The position numbers and the translations under genes are program-made. Shown here one piece after another: positions 1 through 13,341 of a DNA stretch of 64,000 nt. Under the pieces are notes generated by a model, which was given only the letters and a program-made list of their open reading frames with translations, searched no databases and was not told where the DNA came from. How positions within the stretch are numbered: the stretch's first letter is position 1; every line of letters starts with the position of its first letter. The stretch comes from Anaeramoeba ignava BMAN (lineage: Eukaryota; Protista; Anaeramoebae), in NCBI GenBank assembly GCA_028826165.1, contig JAPDFW010000054.1, positions 248,001-312,000 on the forward strand. Reading direction: 5' to 3'.

Positions 1-3000
1 TTTGTGGTGACAGGTCTTTATCCACAAATCAAAAATTCGGGTGTTTACATTTACCAAATATATATTGAATCTGATTTGAAGATAGACGATTCACAAGTCC
101 AATTTTATGATGTTTCTGGATATTTAATTCATTCTCTTTTTCTTCTTAATAATGCAGAAATTTATTTTGATTTATTACAAGAATTTACATTAGAAAATGT
201 TGCTTGTGAAAATTGTGGAATTTACTCAAACAGTTGGACTTTTATTAACAATTTGGTTTCCAATTCAGAAATTTATTTAGACGGCTATTTTGAGTTAGTT
301 TCTCTTCTAAATTCATCAATGATAGAATTTGAAGATGCTATAATAAGAATGAAAAGTGGAATTGAAATTGTTCCAAAAGCATATTTTGAGCTTTTGATTT
401 GGGAAACAATTCTATATTTAGAAATGGATGAATTGAAAGTTGATCATTTTGAATCAGAAGATATAATCGTATATGGAAACGGAACAAATTCAATTCGTAT
501 TTTAGATTATATGGTAACTGATTATGATGAATTTGATGATATCAATCTTATTATGGAAACTTCAGATTTTGGTTCTTATTATCCAGAAGGATCCAGAACA
601 GATTTTTATAATTCTAATATATCATTTCAAGAGTCAATAGTTCTTAATACTGATTTAGCACTCTCCAATACATCTATAACAATAGAAAATTTTTCAATAC
701 CTTTAAATTGTAGTTTATTGCTTATGGATTGTTTCGATTGTGCTCAAATTAATTGGTTCAATGTTTCAGGAGGTTTAATTATCTTCGATTCTTCATTATC
801 CCTTGAAATCTATTCAAATTCTCAAATTTTTGAATTTGCTGTATTAAACTCTTCTTTTTCATTAATAAATCCACAAGATTCCTACAACATTTCGATTTTA
901 TACATCTCAAATGGCTCAATATCTAATATGAATATGACTATTGATACTTTGTATTTGAGTTATTATCTCAAAATGGAAAATTCATTTATTACAATGGAAA
1001 ATACTAGACAACTATATTTAGAATCAGAATATTTGCAAGTTTTTGGAGATTATATCTCAGGTATGGTAGTCAACTCAGGTGAAGTCGATTCGAATTTTAC
1101 TTTGGAATTAAATGCATTTAATATCACTTTTAACATATCTTATTTTGATGTAGAGGATGGAGGAGGAGCCATACTTTCTAACAACTCTTGTATATCTTTT
1201 GGTGAATATACATCATCAGTAGTTTTTGAATATCTCACTATTAATAACTCAATTATAGATTGTTATCAGGATTTAATTATCGGAAATCTTATTATTATCG
1301 GTGATTCTCATTTATTTGCTGATGAGATAGGAATATTTTTCAGTTTTTTCTATCAAGATTTTGATATAGAGGATATGTTTATTTATTTTGAATTTGGTGT
1401 AATTTTTGATTCTCCAATTAAAATTTCAAATTCAGTTTTAATTTTTGATTATGAAGAAGCAAAATTTTCTTCTGAAGTTACATTTGAAAATATTGAAATA
1501 TATAATAATGCATTATTAGGCTTCGTATCAAATTTCACTATAAATGGATCATTTTTTCTTTATAATGAAGGAGCACTTTATTTTTTTTCATATCCAGTTG
1601 ATTTAAATGAAACAAAATTACAAAATGAAAATGAGGGAGAAATTCCATTTTTTATTATCAAAGGAGATATTTACAATGAAGGAGCTATTTACTTACCTGG
1701 ATTTTTATACATAAATGGATCTTTTGTTAATGATTATTCTGAATCCTATATATATTTTGAACAAGATTGTGGAATGGAAGTTGATAATTTCCTTTTTTTT
1801 GGTGGAGAGATCGAAGCAGATAATTTAGGAGGATATTTAACAGTCAAGAAAAATTTTATTTGGGAAAATGGAGCTATTACACAAATAAAACTTCAATATA
1901 TTGGTGGTGTTTTTACATCAGGAGAAATAGGTATTTATGATTCTGAAATTATATGCAATGATACAACAATCATAAGTGCATCAATTTATATGGATAGCTC
2001 AGACATCACAACTTTTTCCACATTCCAAATCGCGTATTCTTCAGCATCAATATATCAAGATTATGGAACAAATTCGATAACTAACTATGGATATTTCATT
2101 TCAAAATCTGGAGATGTTGAAGTAGATTTGATAAATCATGGTTATTTGCATTTAGATAGTTATAATATATATTTGGAATCTCTTGAAAATTATGGTTCAC
2201 TTTATATGAAAGGATATGTTTCAATTACAGGAAATGTTATTAATTATGGAGATATGGAATTGTATCCTGTTCCACCTTCAATAAAATCAGATTCAAATTC
2301 AAATTCAAATTCAAATTTAAATTCAAATTCAAATTCAAATTCAAATTCAAATTCAAAATCAATTTCAAATTCAAATTCAAATTCTAATTCAAAATCAGAT
2401 TCAAATTCAAATTCAATTTCAGATTCACAAGGATTAAAATCAATTCAATCTTCACTTTTCCAAAATTTTGGGAATATGAAAATTGTAGAAAATATGGGTT
2501 TTTATGGAGATTTTTCATCATCTTCAAACAGTTCAATTACAGTTGAAGTTTATAGTGAATATCAAATACCATTGTTTTTTACTGGAGGTAATATTTATTT
2601 ATCGGGTTTACTTGATGTTTCTTTCATGATTGCAGAATTTGAACCAGAATTAGAACAAGCATTTACAATTATAGATTTTGGGAGTATTATAGGAAAAGAT
2701 ATTTCCACACTTGAATATTATGATTCAACAGAAAAATTTGAGTAAAAAAATTTATAATTTAATTTAAAAAATTAAAATTAAAATTAAAATTAAAATTAAA
2801 ATGAAAATTATTTTAGGGTTAATATCAAAACCAACCAAATTCAATATGTTTTTATGGGATGCCAAACTGGATCTTATTCATCAGATTTATACTCAGAATG
2901 CCGAGATTGTGATTATGGACGTTATTCATCATCAAGAGGATCTTTTTCATGTGATCTTTGTGACTTAGGACATTATACAAATCAAACAGGATCATCAAAT

Positions 3001-5685
3001 TGTTCATTATGTTCACCAGGAACATTTTCATCAACACTTGGAGCAACCAAATGTGAATTATGTTTATCAGGAACTTTTACTGCAAATAATGGATCAGAAA
3101 CATGTTCAGAATGTCCTGATGGATATTATTCTGATTCTGAAGGAGCAACTGAATGTCAAAAATGTGGAAGAGGTCATGAAACAAAAACTCCTTCTAGTTG
3201 TGATCCTTGTAAAAGTGGAACTTATAATAATAAAGAAGCATCTCGATGTGTCCTTTGTTCTTCTGGAACATATTCTGGAGTTGGAGCAATATCATGCACT
3301 CCATGTGAAAATAATTATTATCAAGATCAACTTGGTAATTTTATAAAAATATTTAAATTTGATTTAATTTGATTTAATTTGATTTTTAATTTAATTTAAT
3401 TTGATTTAATTTAATTTGATTTAATTTGATTTAATTTAATTTGATTTAATTTAATTTAATTTAATTTGATTTAATTTGATTTAATTTGATTTAATTTGAT
3501 TTAATTTAATTTGATTTTAATATTTGATTTAATTTTAATTTAATTTGATTTAATTTGATTTAATTTGATTTAATTTAATTTAATTTAATTTTATTTAATT
3601 TGATTTAATTTAATTTGATTTTAATATTTTAATTTAATTTAGTTTGATTTAATTTAATTTAATTTAATTTGATTTTTAATTTGATTTAATTTAATTTGAT
3701 TTAATTTAATTTTGATTTATTAGGTCAACCAAGTTGTAAAAATTGTCCTTCAAATACAATCACATTTAGTCAAGCTTCAACATCTATTCAGGAATGTGTT
3801 TGTAAAGAAGGAATGTATGGAGAACCTGGTGGAAATTGTAAAGAATGCCCTGAAGGAGGTATTTGTGATGAAGCAGGAATTACAGAACCAGAAGTAAAAG
3901 CAGGATATTGGGCTGATGATAATCTCAATTTCTATCATTGTGATCCTTTTGAAGCTTGTCCTGGAGGAGCAAAAGGAACTTGTAATTCAAATTTGGGATA
4001 TGAAGGTGTTATGTGTTCAGAATGTTCTAATGGATTTTATAGGATTTCTGGTAGATGTGAAAAATGCCCAGCAAATGCAAAAACTAGATTGATAATTGCT
4101 TTCTTTTTAATCATGATATTTGCTATCATCTTGTTAATTATTGTTAGAAGTCAAGCAAGATCTTATTTTGGAAGTTTAAGTATTGCGTTTTCTTTCTTCC
4201 AAATCTTAGCAACACTTCCCAAAATGAATATTAATTGGCCGCCAAAACTAAAAAATTTCTTGAATAGTTTAACTTCTTTTAATTTCAATGTTGATTTGGT
4301 TGCTCCTGAATGTAGTATCTCAGCTTCATTTACTGGTAAATGGTTTGCAGTTATGTTGATTCCCTTTTTGGTTCTTGCAATGTTTGCTTTTCTTTTTCTT
4401 ATTGTTAGACTTCATGCAATTATTATAAGAAAATGTGGTTCAAAATTTGCTAATAAATTCCCAAAATTTTGTTCAAGACCAACAAGAAAAACAACAAACA
4501 AATATCTTCTTCCCTTCTCATGGATCCGTTTCCAAATTAGCAAATTATTCACACATGGAAATTCATCAGCTAAAAAATTATATTCCACTTTCGTTAACGG
4601 ATATGTTGCTTTTGCTTTTTTGATTTATTTGGTTTTATGTCAATGGGTATTCGATTTATTTTCTTGCACAAAACAAGCAGATGGGATTTACACATTAAAT
4701 GCAGCACCAAGCTATCGATGTTATAACGATCCTTGGTGGAAAAAAATGGCAGTTGGAGGTGTTCTTTTTGGATTGCTTTATGTTATTGGAATTCCAGCTT
4801 TTATTATCTTTTATGCTTTTTTATCACAGCAAAAAATATAATGATGAAATGTTTTATTCAAGACTCAGTTTGTTATGCTCAAGATTTAGAAGAGAATGGT
4901 TTTTCTGGGAATTGATTGTTATGGCAAGAAAAGCTTTGTTTGTTTTTGCTTTACTTTATTTCAATTTTGCTTCTGATTTGCAAATTCGATTGTTGATTCT
5001 TGTTCTTTTGATTGCGATTATTTTACAAGTTGCTTTTGAACCTTATGATACTCAAGGAAGAAATCGAGCTGAAATGATTTTATTATGTGTTCTTGAAATT
5101 GTGATGATTTCTAGTTTTGTTTTTGTTTCAGATGAAAGTGGAGATACAAAAGCCAAAGAAAGAATTGAAACATTTGTTTTGATTCTGATTTGGATGGCAA
5201 TCATTGTTATATTTTTTGTTCTTATTAATGAAATTGTTGAAAGAGTGAAATACAAAAAAGAAAAGAGAAAGATCAAAAAAAGAAATCGAGAAAGAGATCT
5301 TCTTGAAGTTCTTAAAGAATCTGAATTTATTGTATTTTTGGATGAAAAACCTTCATTTGATTTGATTGTTCAATGGATTGGAACATTAAGTAAAAAAGAA
5401 TCATCCAAATTTGCAAATTTTATCAGTCAATTTGATGATTTAATTCAAAAAAATTCAATTCAATTCCCAGAACAAAACTATTTGGATAATTGGAGAGAAT
5501 TAATTCAAAATGATTTGAAAAATTGGTATGAACAAAGAGCAACTATTAAAGAGAAATTAATGTTTTCAAGTCTTATTAATTCACTTTTTATGTATCTTGT
5601 TGAAAAAGGAGATAATCCAATTCAAAGATGGAGATCAAATACTCAAAATATAATTCCACTTTCTCAAAACGAAAATTCAAATTGA
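1..5685 (+). CDS. Large cell-surface protein (5' partial): beta-rich extracellular region, GCC2/GCC3 (ephrin-receptor-like) Cys repeats, multi-pass TM C-terminus; introns 2742-2816 and 3335-3723; apparent frameshift near 4810
   Basis: GT..AG introns join ORFs 4-2745, 2854-3372 and 3813-4841 in frame. Repeated C..C..G.YS units. Several hydrophobic helices and a 'RFRREWFFWELIVMARK' motif typical of protist Cys-rich/TM proteins. Frame switch in a T-run into ORF 4699-5685. Confidence 0.8.
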
Positions 5686-7468
5686 AATTTAAAAACAAAT
5701 TCAAAATGAAATTTAAAATGAAATTTAAAATGAAATTCAAAATGAAATTTAAAAACAAATTCAAAAACAAATTTAAAATGAAATTTAAAATGAAATTTAA
5801 AAACAAATTTAAAAACAAATTCAAAAACAAATTTAAAATGAAATTTAAAAACAAATTCAAAATGAAATTTAAAATGAAATTTAAAAACAAATTTAAAAAC
5901 AAATTTAAAATGAAATTTAAAATGAAATTTAAAACAAAATTCAAATTCAAAATGAAATTCAAATTGAAATTCAAAAACAAATTTAAAAACAAATTTAAAA
6001 TGAAATTTAAAATGAAATTTAAAATGAAATTTAAAAACAAATTTAAAATGAAATTTAAAAACAAATTCAAAATGAAATTTAAAATGAAATTTAAAAAGAA
6101 ATTTAAAATGAAATTTAAAACAAATTTAAATTGAAATTTAAAAACAAATTTAAAAACAAATTTAAAATGAAATTTAAAATGAAATTTAAAACGAAATTTA
6201 AAAACAAATTTAAAATGAAATTTAAAAACAAATTTAAAATGAAATTTAAAATGAAATTTAAAATGAAATTTAAAATGAAATTCAAAATGAAATTCAAAAT
6301 GAAATTCAAAATGAAATTCAAAATGAAATTCAAAATGAAATTCAAAATGAAATTCAAAATGAAATTTAAAATGAAATTTAAAATGAAATTCAAATTGAAA
6401 TTTAAAAACAAATTCAAAACAAAATTCAAAAACAAATTTAAAATGAAATTTAAAAACAAATTCAAAAACAAATTTAAAATGAAATTTAAAAACAAATTTA
6501 AAATGAAATTTAAAATGAAATTTAAAATGAAATTTAAAATGAAATTTAAAAACAAATTTAAAATGAAATTTAAAAACAAATTTAAAAACAAATTCAAATT
6601 GAAATTTAAAAACAAATTTAAAATGAAATTTAAAAACAAATTTAAAATGAAATTTAAAAACAAATTTAAAATGAAATTTAAAAACAAATTTAAAAACAAA
6701 TTTAAAATGAAATTTAAAATGAAATTTAAATTGAAATTTAAAATGAAATTTAAAATGAAATTTAAAATGAAATTTAAAATGAAATTTAAAATGAAATTTA
6801 AAAACAAATTTAAAATGAAATTTAAATTGAAATTTAAAAACAAATTTAAAATGAAATTTAAAATGAAATTTAAAATGAAATTTAAAATGAAATTTAAAAC
6901 AAAATTCAAATTCAAAATGAAATTCAAATTGAAATTCAAAAACAAATTTAAAAACAAATTTAAAATGAAATTTAAAATGAAATTTAAAATGAAATTTAAA
7001 ATGAAATTTAAAATGAAATTTAAAAACAAATTTAAAATGAAATTTAAAATGAAATTTAAAAACAAATTTAAAAACAAATTCAAAAACAAATTCAAAAACA
7101 AATTTAAAAACAAATTCAAAACAAATTCAAAACAAATTTAAAATGAAATTTAAAATGAAATTTAAAAACAAATTCAAAATGAAATTTAAAATGAAATTCA
7201 AAAACAAATTTAAAAACAAATTTAAAAACAAATTCAAAATGAAATTTAAAATGAAATTCAAATTGAAATTTAAAAACAAATTTAAAAACAAATTTAAAAT
7301 GAAATTCAAAAACAAATTTAAAAACAAATTTAAAATGAAATTTAAAAACAAATTCAAAAACAAATTTAAAATGAAATTTAAAATGAAATTTAAAATGAAA
7401 TTTAAAAACAAATTCAAAATGAAATTCAAATTGAAATTCAAAATGAAATTCAAAATGAAATTCAAAAT
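5672..7468. repeat. 12-bp minisatellite array, ~1.8 kb (AAATTYAAAATG / AAATTYAAAAAC / AAATTYAAATTG variants)
   Basis: Read directly; it produces the spurious KFKM/LNFI ORFs and lies between two convergent 3' ends. Confidence 0.95.
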
Positions 7469-7598
7469 GTTTTTTTTTAATAAAAAACAAAAACACAAAA
7501 ATTCCCTTTTTTTGTTTTGCTTTATTAAAGATTTAATTAATCTTTTGTTTGTTTTGTTTGTTAAAAAGAAATTGAAAAAGAAATTAAAATTGAAAAAT

Positions 7599-10500
7599 TT
7601 ATTTCTTTTCTTGAGCAAAAACATTTGGGAATCGAGCTAAGAAAGAAATTGCGTGTTTCAATTCTCTTGAATCAACATATTCACCAATCTTATGAGTATT
7701 TTGTTCAAATCCAGCACCAATTCCTATTAAATTTTTTAAAAATAAAAAAATAAAAAAAATGAGAACAAAATTAAGAACAATTTTTTTCAATTAACCAAAA
7801 AATAAAATTTAAATAAAGAATAAAAATAAAAATAAACATACCGAACATTGCAGGCCATTTATAATCTTCATTTGAGCACCAATTCTTTGATTCAGGAACA
7901 GTAAACTTTTCATAATCTTTTGGAACAGGATAACCAACACCATCAGTACTAAAAATCCAACGGTCTACTCTTGGTTCTTTATGAATATTAGTTGTTGTTT
8001 CAACTTGATCTTTTGGAAGAAATGGAGTAACAATTGATTTATAAGTTTCCACAGCTGATTGAATTGCTGGATGTGTTTTTGGTGTAATCCAAGACATGTA
8101 AATTTGTTCATTGTTGCATTTGTATCCTTTCCATGTTGTTTCTGTGTATTGTGGAATTCGAATATTTACTGTTAATCCATCATCTCTTGCTTTTTTAACT
8201 GATTCAAATGATTCAAGATCATCGATTGTTTGTTTTGGAGTTTCTCCGATTGTAATTCTTCTATCAAAACGGAAAACGAATCTTTCAGGAACTGCACAAT
8301 CCTTTTATAATAAATTTTATAAATAAATTTTATAAATAAATTTTATAATTAAATTTTATAATAAATTTTATAATTAATTTTTATAAATATCAAATTACAG
8401 AAGGTGTATCTAAAAATGCCCAACTACAAGTTCTTGTTCCTCTTCCTAAAAATTCATGATCTATTTTAAAATATAAATAAAAATATAAATATAAATAAAA
8501 ATATAAATAAAAATAATTTTGATATAAAAATTTTAAATTATTTTTTTTTAAAAAAAACAAAATTAACCTAAAAATCCTTCCATTTTAACTGCTCTTTCAG
8601 CAGCTTCTTTAATAATTAATGAACCATATTCAATTGGATTTTTGCCTAAATGAGGCATTGAACCATGAGCAGATTTTCCTATAATTTCAATCTCATTAAT
8701 TAATCTTCCTCTTTGACCAATATAAATTCCCAAAGCAGATCTTGTACTATCTCCAGTACCTTCTGTAAAAATACAACAATCAGGAATATATTGTGGTGAT
8801 TTTCCTGAAAGTTCATTTCTAATAATATACATTGGACCACCTCCATCATTATCTAATAATTCAAATCAATTTAAATATTTAATTTAATATTTAATTTAAT
8901 ATTTAATTTAATATTTGATTTAATATTTAATTTAATATTTAATATTTAATATTTAATATTTAATTTTATATTTAATTTAATATTTAATTTAATTTTTAAT
9001 TTAATATTTTATTTAATATTTAATTTTTAATTTAATATTCAATTTAATTTAATATTTAATTTAATATTTAATTTAATATTTAATTTAATATTTTTTACCT
9101 TCTTCACATGCTGTTCCAAATGATCTAATTATAACTCCTTTTAATGAACCTAATTTCTTTAATTCTAACATAATTTTAGTTGCAATCATTTGTGAAACAA
9201 CTCCTGCTAATTGATCAGCAGAACCTATTTAATTTATATTTATATTTATATTTATATTTATATTTAGACTTATATTTATATTTATATTTTGTTTTTGTTT
9301 TTGAAATTGATTTGTTTTTTTTTACCTCTTCCAAAAACTAGATTTTCCCATTCTGATTTTGGTGGAATATATCCTAAGTTTTCTTTGATTTTTTCAAGAT
9401 CTACTTTTTCAGAATCAATTAATCCTCTTTAAATAGAAAATAATTTTATATTTAATTTTATAAATAATTTTATAAATAATTTAATAAATAATTTTATAAA
9501 TAATTTTATAAATAATTTTATAAATAATTTTATAAATAATTTTATAAATAATTTTATATTTAATTTTATAAATAATTTTATAAATAATTTTATAAATAAT
9601 TTTATAAATAATTTTATATTTAATTTTATAAATAATTTTATAAATAATTTTATAAATAATTTTATAAATAATTTTATAAATAATTTTATAAATAATTTTA
9701 TAATTAATTTTATAAATAATTTTATAAATAATTTTATATTTAATTTTATATTTAATTTTATAAATAATTTTATAAATAATTTTTATAAATAATTTTATAA
9801 ATAATTTTATAAATAATTTTATAATTAATTTTATATATAATTTTATAAATAATTTTATAAATAATTTTATATTTAATTTTATAAATAATTTTATATTTAA
9901 TTTTATAAATAATTTTATAAATAATTTTATAATTAATTTTATAAATAATTTTATAATTAATTTTATAAATAATTTTATAAATAATTTTATAAATAATTTT
10001 ATAAATAATTTTATAAATAATTTTATAAATAATTTTATAAATAATTTTATATATAATTTTATAAATAATTTTATAAATAATTTTATAATTAATTTAATAA
10101 ATAATTTTATAAATAATTTAATAAATAATTTTATAAATAATTTTATAAATAATTTTATAAATAATTTTATAATTAATTTTATAAATAATTTTATAATTAA
10201 TTTTTATAAATAATTTTATAATTAATTTTATAAATAATTTTATAATTAATTTTATAAATAATTTTATAATTAATTTTATAAATAATTTTATAAATAATTT
10301 TATATTTAATTTTATATTTAATTTTATAAATAATTTAATAAATAATTTTATAAATAATTTAATAATAATTTTATAATTAATTTTATAATTAATTTTATAA
10401 ATAATTTTATAATTAATTTTATAATTAATTTTATAAATAATTTTATAAATAATTTTATATTTAATTTTATAAATAATTTTATATTTAATTTTATAAATAA

Positions 10501-11153
10501 TTTTATATTTAATTTTATAAATAATTTTATAAATAATTTTATATTTTATAAATAATTTAATAAATAATTTTATATTTAATTTTATAAATAATTTTATAAA
10601 TAATTTTATATTTAATTTTATAAATAATTTTATAAATAATTTTATAAATAAATTTATAATTAATTTTATATATAATTTTATAATTAATTTTATATTTAAT
10701 TTTATAAATAATTTTATAAATAATTTTATATTTAATTTTATAAATAATTTTATATTTTATAAATAGATTTGAGAATTACTTATAAGGATCAACACCGCCA
10801 CCAAGTTTTTTCCATAAAGGACGAAGAGCTTTTACAGTATCACAATGACCATCAAAATAAACAATTTTTTTTTTATCAGGATCAATACCATCATCACAAT
10901 CTTGAACCATCCAACCAATATTTCCATAAGCATCAAACCAAACATCTTCTGGTTTTTCAACGCATTTTTGTTCGATAATTGTTTTCTTAAAAAATTCCAT
11001 TCTTGGTCCTTCATGATTTGATAATCCACATTGTGAATCTGTTTCTAAATAATCTTCAGGTATTCTAATTGCTTCTTTTAATATTTCAATCGCTAAAGGT
11101 AAATATTTTGTTGATAATTTTTCAGTTTCAATATCTAATTCGTTTTTTTCCAT
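7599..11153 (-). CDS. ygeY: YgeY-family M20 metallo-hydrolase, 510 aa; exons 11153-10780, 9426-9326, 9224-9099, 8852-8568, 8460-8399, 8301-7842, 7723-7599
   Basis: Six GT..AG introns give an intact 1533-nt frame. Motifs FDGHCDTV, GRGSADQLAG, EEDNDG, GQRGR, SAHGSMP, DHEFLGRGT, PSDCAVP, DRRITIGET and VDRWIFSTDGV are collinear with E. coli YgeY as recalled. Confidence 0.8.
9437..10765. repeat. 13-bp AT-only tandem array (AATTTTATAAATA and variants) filling intron 1 of the M20 gene
   Basis: Read directly; no G or C between 9437 and 10765. Confidence 0.95.
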
Positions 11154-11430
11154 TTTTAAAATAATAATTTTTTAAATTGAAAGAAAAAAAAATGAAAAAA
11201 ATGAATTGGAAAAAAAAAAAAAATCTTTTATTATTTTAAATTAATAAAAAAAAAGAAGAAAAAAAAATAAATAAATTTTTCTCCTTTCTCTTTTTTTTTC
11301 TTTTTAAATAAAAAAATTTTTTTTTTTCATTTTTTTTTTCTTTTGTTTTTTTTCTTTTTTGTTTTTTGTTTGTTTTTTGAAAATTAAAATAATTTATCTT
11401 GCACTCAATTTTTTTTTGAAAATAAATAAA

Positions 11431-13162
11431 ATGCACCAATATTCAACTAGTTCTTCCTTTACTAAAGAATTTTTAAATTCAAAAAAAAAATTCCCCCAAA
11501 ATTTTAATGAAGATCCAAATAAAAATTTTAATGAAGATCCAAATAAAAATTTTAATGACAATCCAAATAAAAATTTTAATGATAATCCAAACTTAAATTC
11601 CATTTCAAATTCAATTGAATATTCAATTAAAAATTTAAAATTCAATTCTTATCGAAATTCTCTTCAAAATTTAAATTCAAATCAAAATTTAAATTGAAAA
11701 TCAAATTGAAAATCAAAATCAAAACCAAAATCAAAATCAAAATTCTCTGGAAAATTCATTCCAATATTCTTTTCAAAATTATCAATCACCAAACAGAGAC
11801 TCTTTACTAAAAACACAAGAAAACATTCATTCAAACAGAAATAATTTTTCTCCAATAAATTTTAAATTAATAAAAATCAACGAATTATTAATTAAATCAG
11901 GATTTTCAGCAATTCGTATTCAAAGAGTAAAAAACGGTGATTCAACAGAAATAATTGAAACCCTTTTCCAAGTATTAAATGAATTCAAAAAAGAACCTGA
12001 ATTAAAAAATGAATATCAAAATTACGAATTAATTTTACAAGAAAATTCTCAACTTAAAAACGAAAATTTTGAATTGAAAAAACAGAACCAAATTTTGAAG
12101 GAAAGAATAAAGTATTCAAACTCAACTCAAGAAGATGAAAAAACATCACCTGATAATTTAAAAGAAGACATTCATCTTTTGAAACAAGTTTTATCTCATC
12201 AACAAAAATTTGGGAAAGTAATTGAAAATACAATATCCAAAGTTGAAAGTCGAATCAATGAATTTACAGAATCTCAATCTTTAACATCTAAAAGCGAAGA
12301 ACACAAAACATCTTCCAGAAATAATCATTCACCAAGAAGTGACAAACCATCAAGAGATTATCTTCAATTCAAACAAATTTTGGATCAAATTTGTCATAAT
12401 ATGAAAATTGATGATTATTCTTTAATTACTCCCACTTTTGTTAGAACTATTTCTAAATTGGAGGATTACAAAATATTCACTAATGAAATGTCAAAAATCG
12501 TAAAGTCAATCAATTCTCAAAATGATTCAAGTTTCATTTCTTTAACAAGAGAATCATCATCCAAAATCTCAAATAGTATTAAAAATGCTGATCTAATTTT
12601 ATCTAATCTAAAAAAATGGAAAATTGAATTATATCATTCTCAAATTTTGAAAAATTTTAAATTCCAAATCCAAAACGAAATTGAGAAAATTAACATTCTT
12701 AAAGATGATCCAAATATAGTTAATAAAACATCACTTCCAATTCCAATTCCAGTTTCAATTCCAAAGTCTATTGAAATTTCAGAAATTGCTTTCCAGAAAA
12801 TAATTCTTATTATAAAAAACCTTATTGATTTTTACATTTCAAACATAACAAAACAAAATCCAAATCAATTCAACAAAATTTCAAACCAAAATCAAAACCA
12901 ATATGAAAATGAAAATGAATATGAAAAATTAACTCAAATCATTTTCCATTTTGAAAAAAAACTTGGTTTAAAAACAAATAATAATCCTTTGATCGCAATC
13001 AATACAATTTATTTAGAATTGAAAAGAATTCAAACTCAACTTCAAACTTTCCAAAAAACATTAAATGTTAATGAAAGTAATTCTTCTTTTTCAGAATGTT
13101 TAACAAAAATTCATAATCTTATTTACTTTGAAAAACTTTACAAAAATCAAATCAAAATTTAA
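11431..13162 (+). CDS. Coiled-coil protein, CEP70-like; one apparent frameshift near 11692; 24-bp (NFNEDPNK-like) repeat x4 near the N-terminus
   Basis: ATG at 11431; open frame from 11693 to 13162. INELLIKSGF and IIFHFEKKLGL...INTIYLEL resemble CEP70 N- and C-terminal motifs (from memory). Confidence 0.5.
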
Positions 13163-13341
13163 ATTAAGAATTAGTTCCTTAAAAAAAAAAAGGAAATAAA
13201 AAAAAAAGGAATTCTTTATCATTTTTTAAGTTCAAATTTGTTTTTTTTTTATAAAAAAAAAAAGAATAAAAAAAAAAGAGAATAAAAATTGGAAACTTTT
13301 TATTATTTTTATTATTATTATTATTATTCTTTTTGAAAAAA

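Noticed and set aside
4800-4845. Programmed frameshifting at single frame breaks (also ~11692, ~16550, ~30010, ~34870)
   Set aside because: All fall in A/T homopolymers or repeats typical of long-read indel errors, with no shared stimulatory structure.
5588-7640. Long KFKM/LNFI ORFs on both strands
   Set aside because: Translations of a stop-poor 12-bp satellite with no coding complexity.
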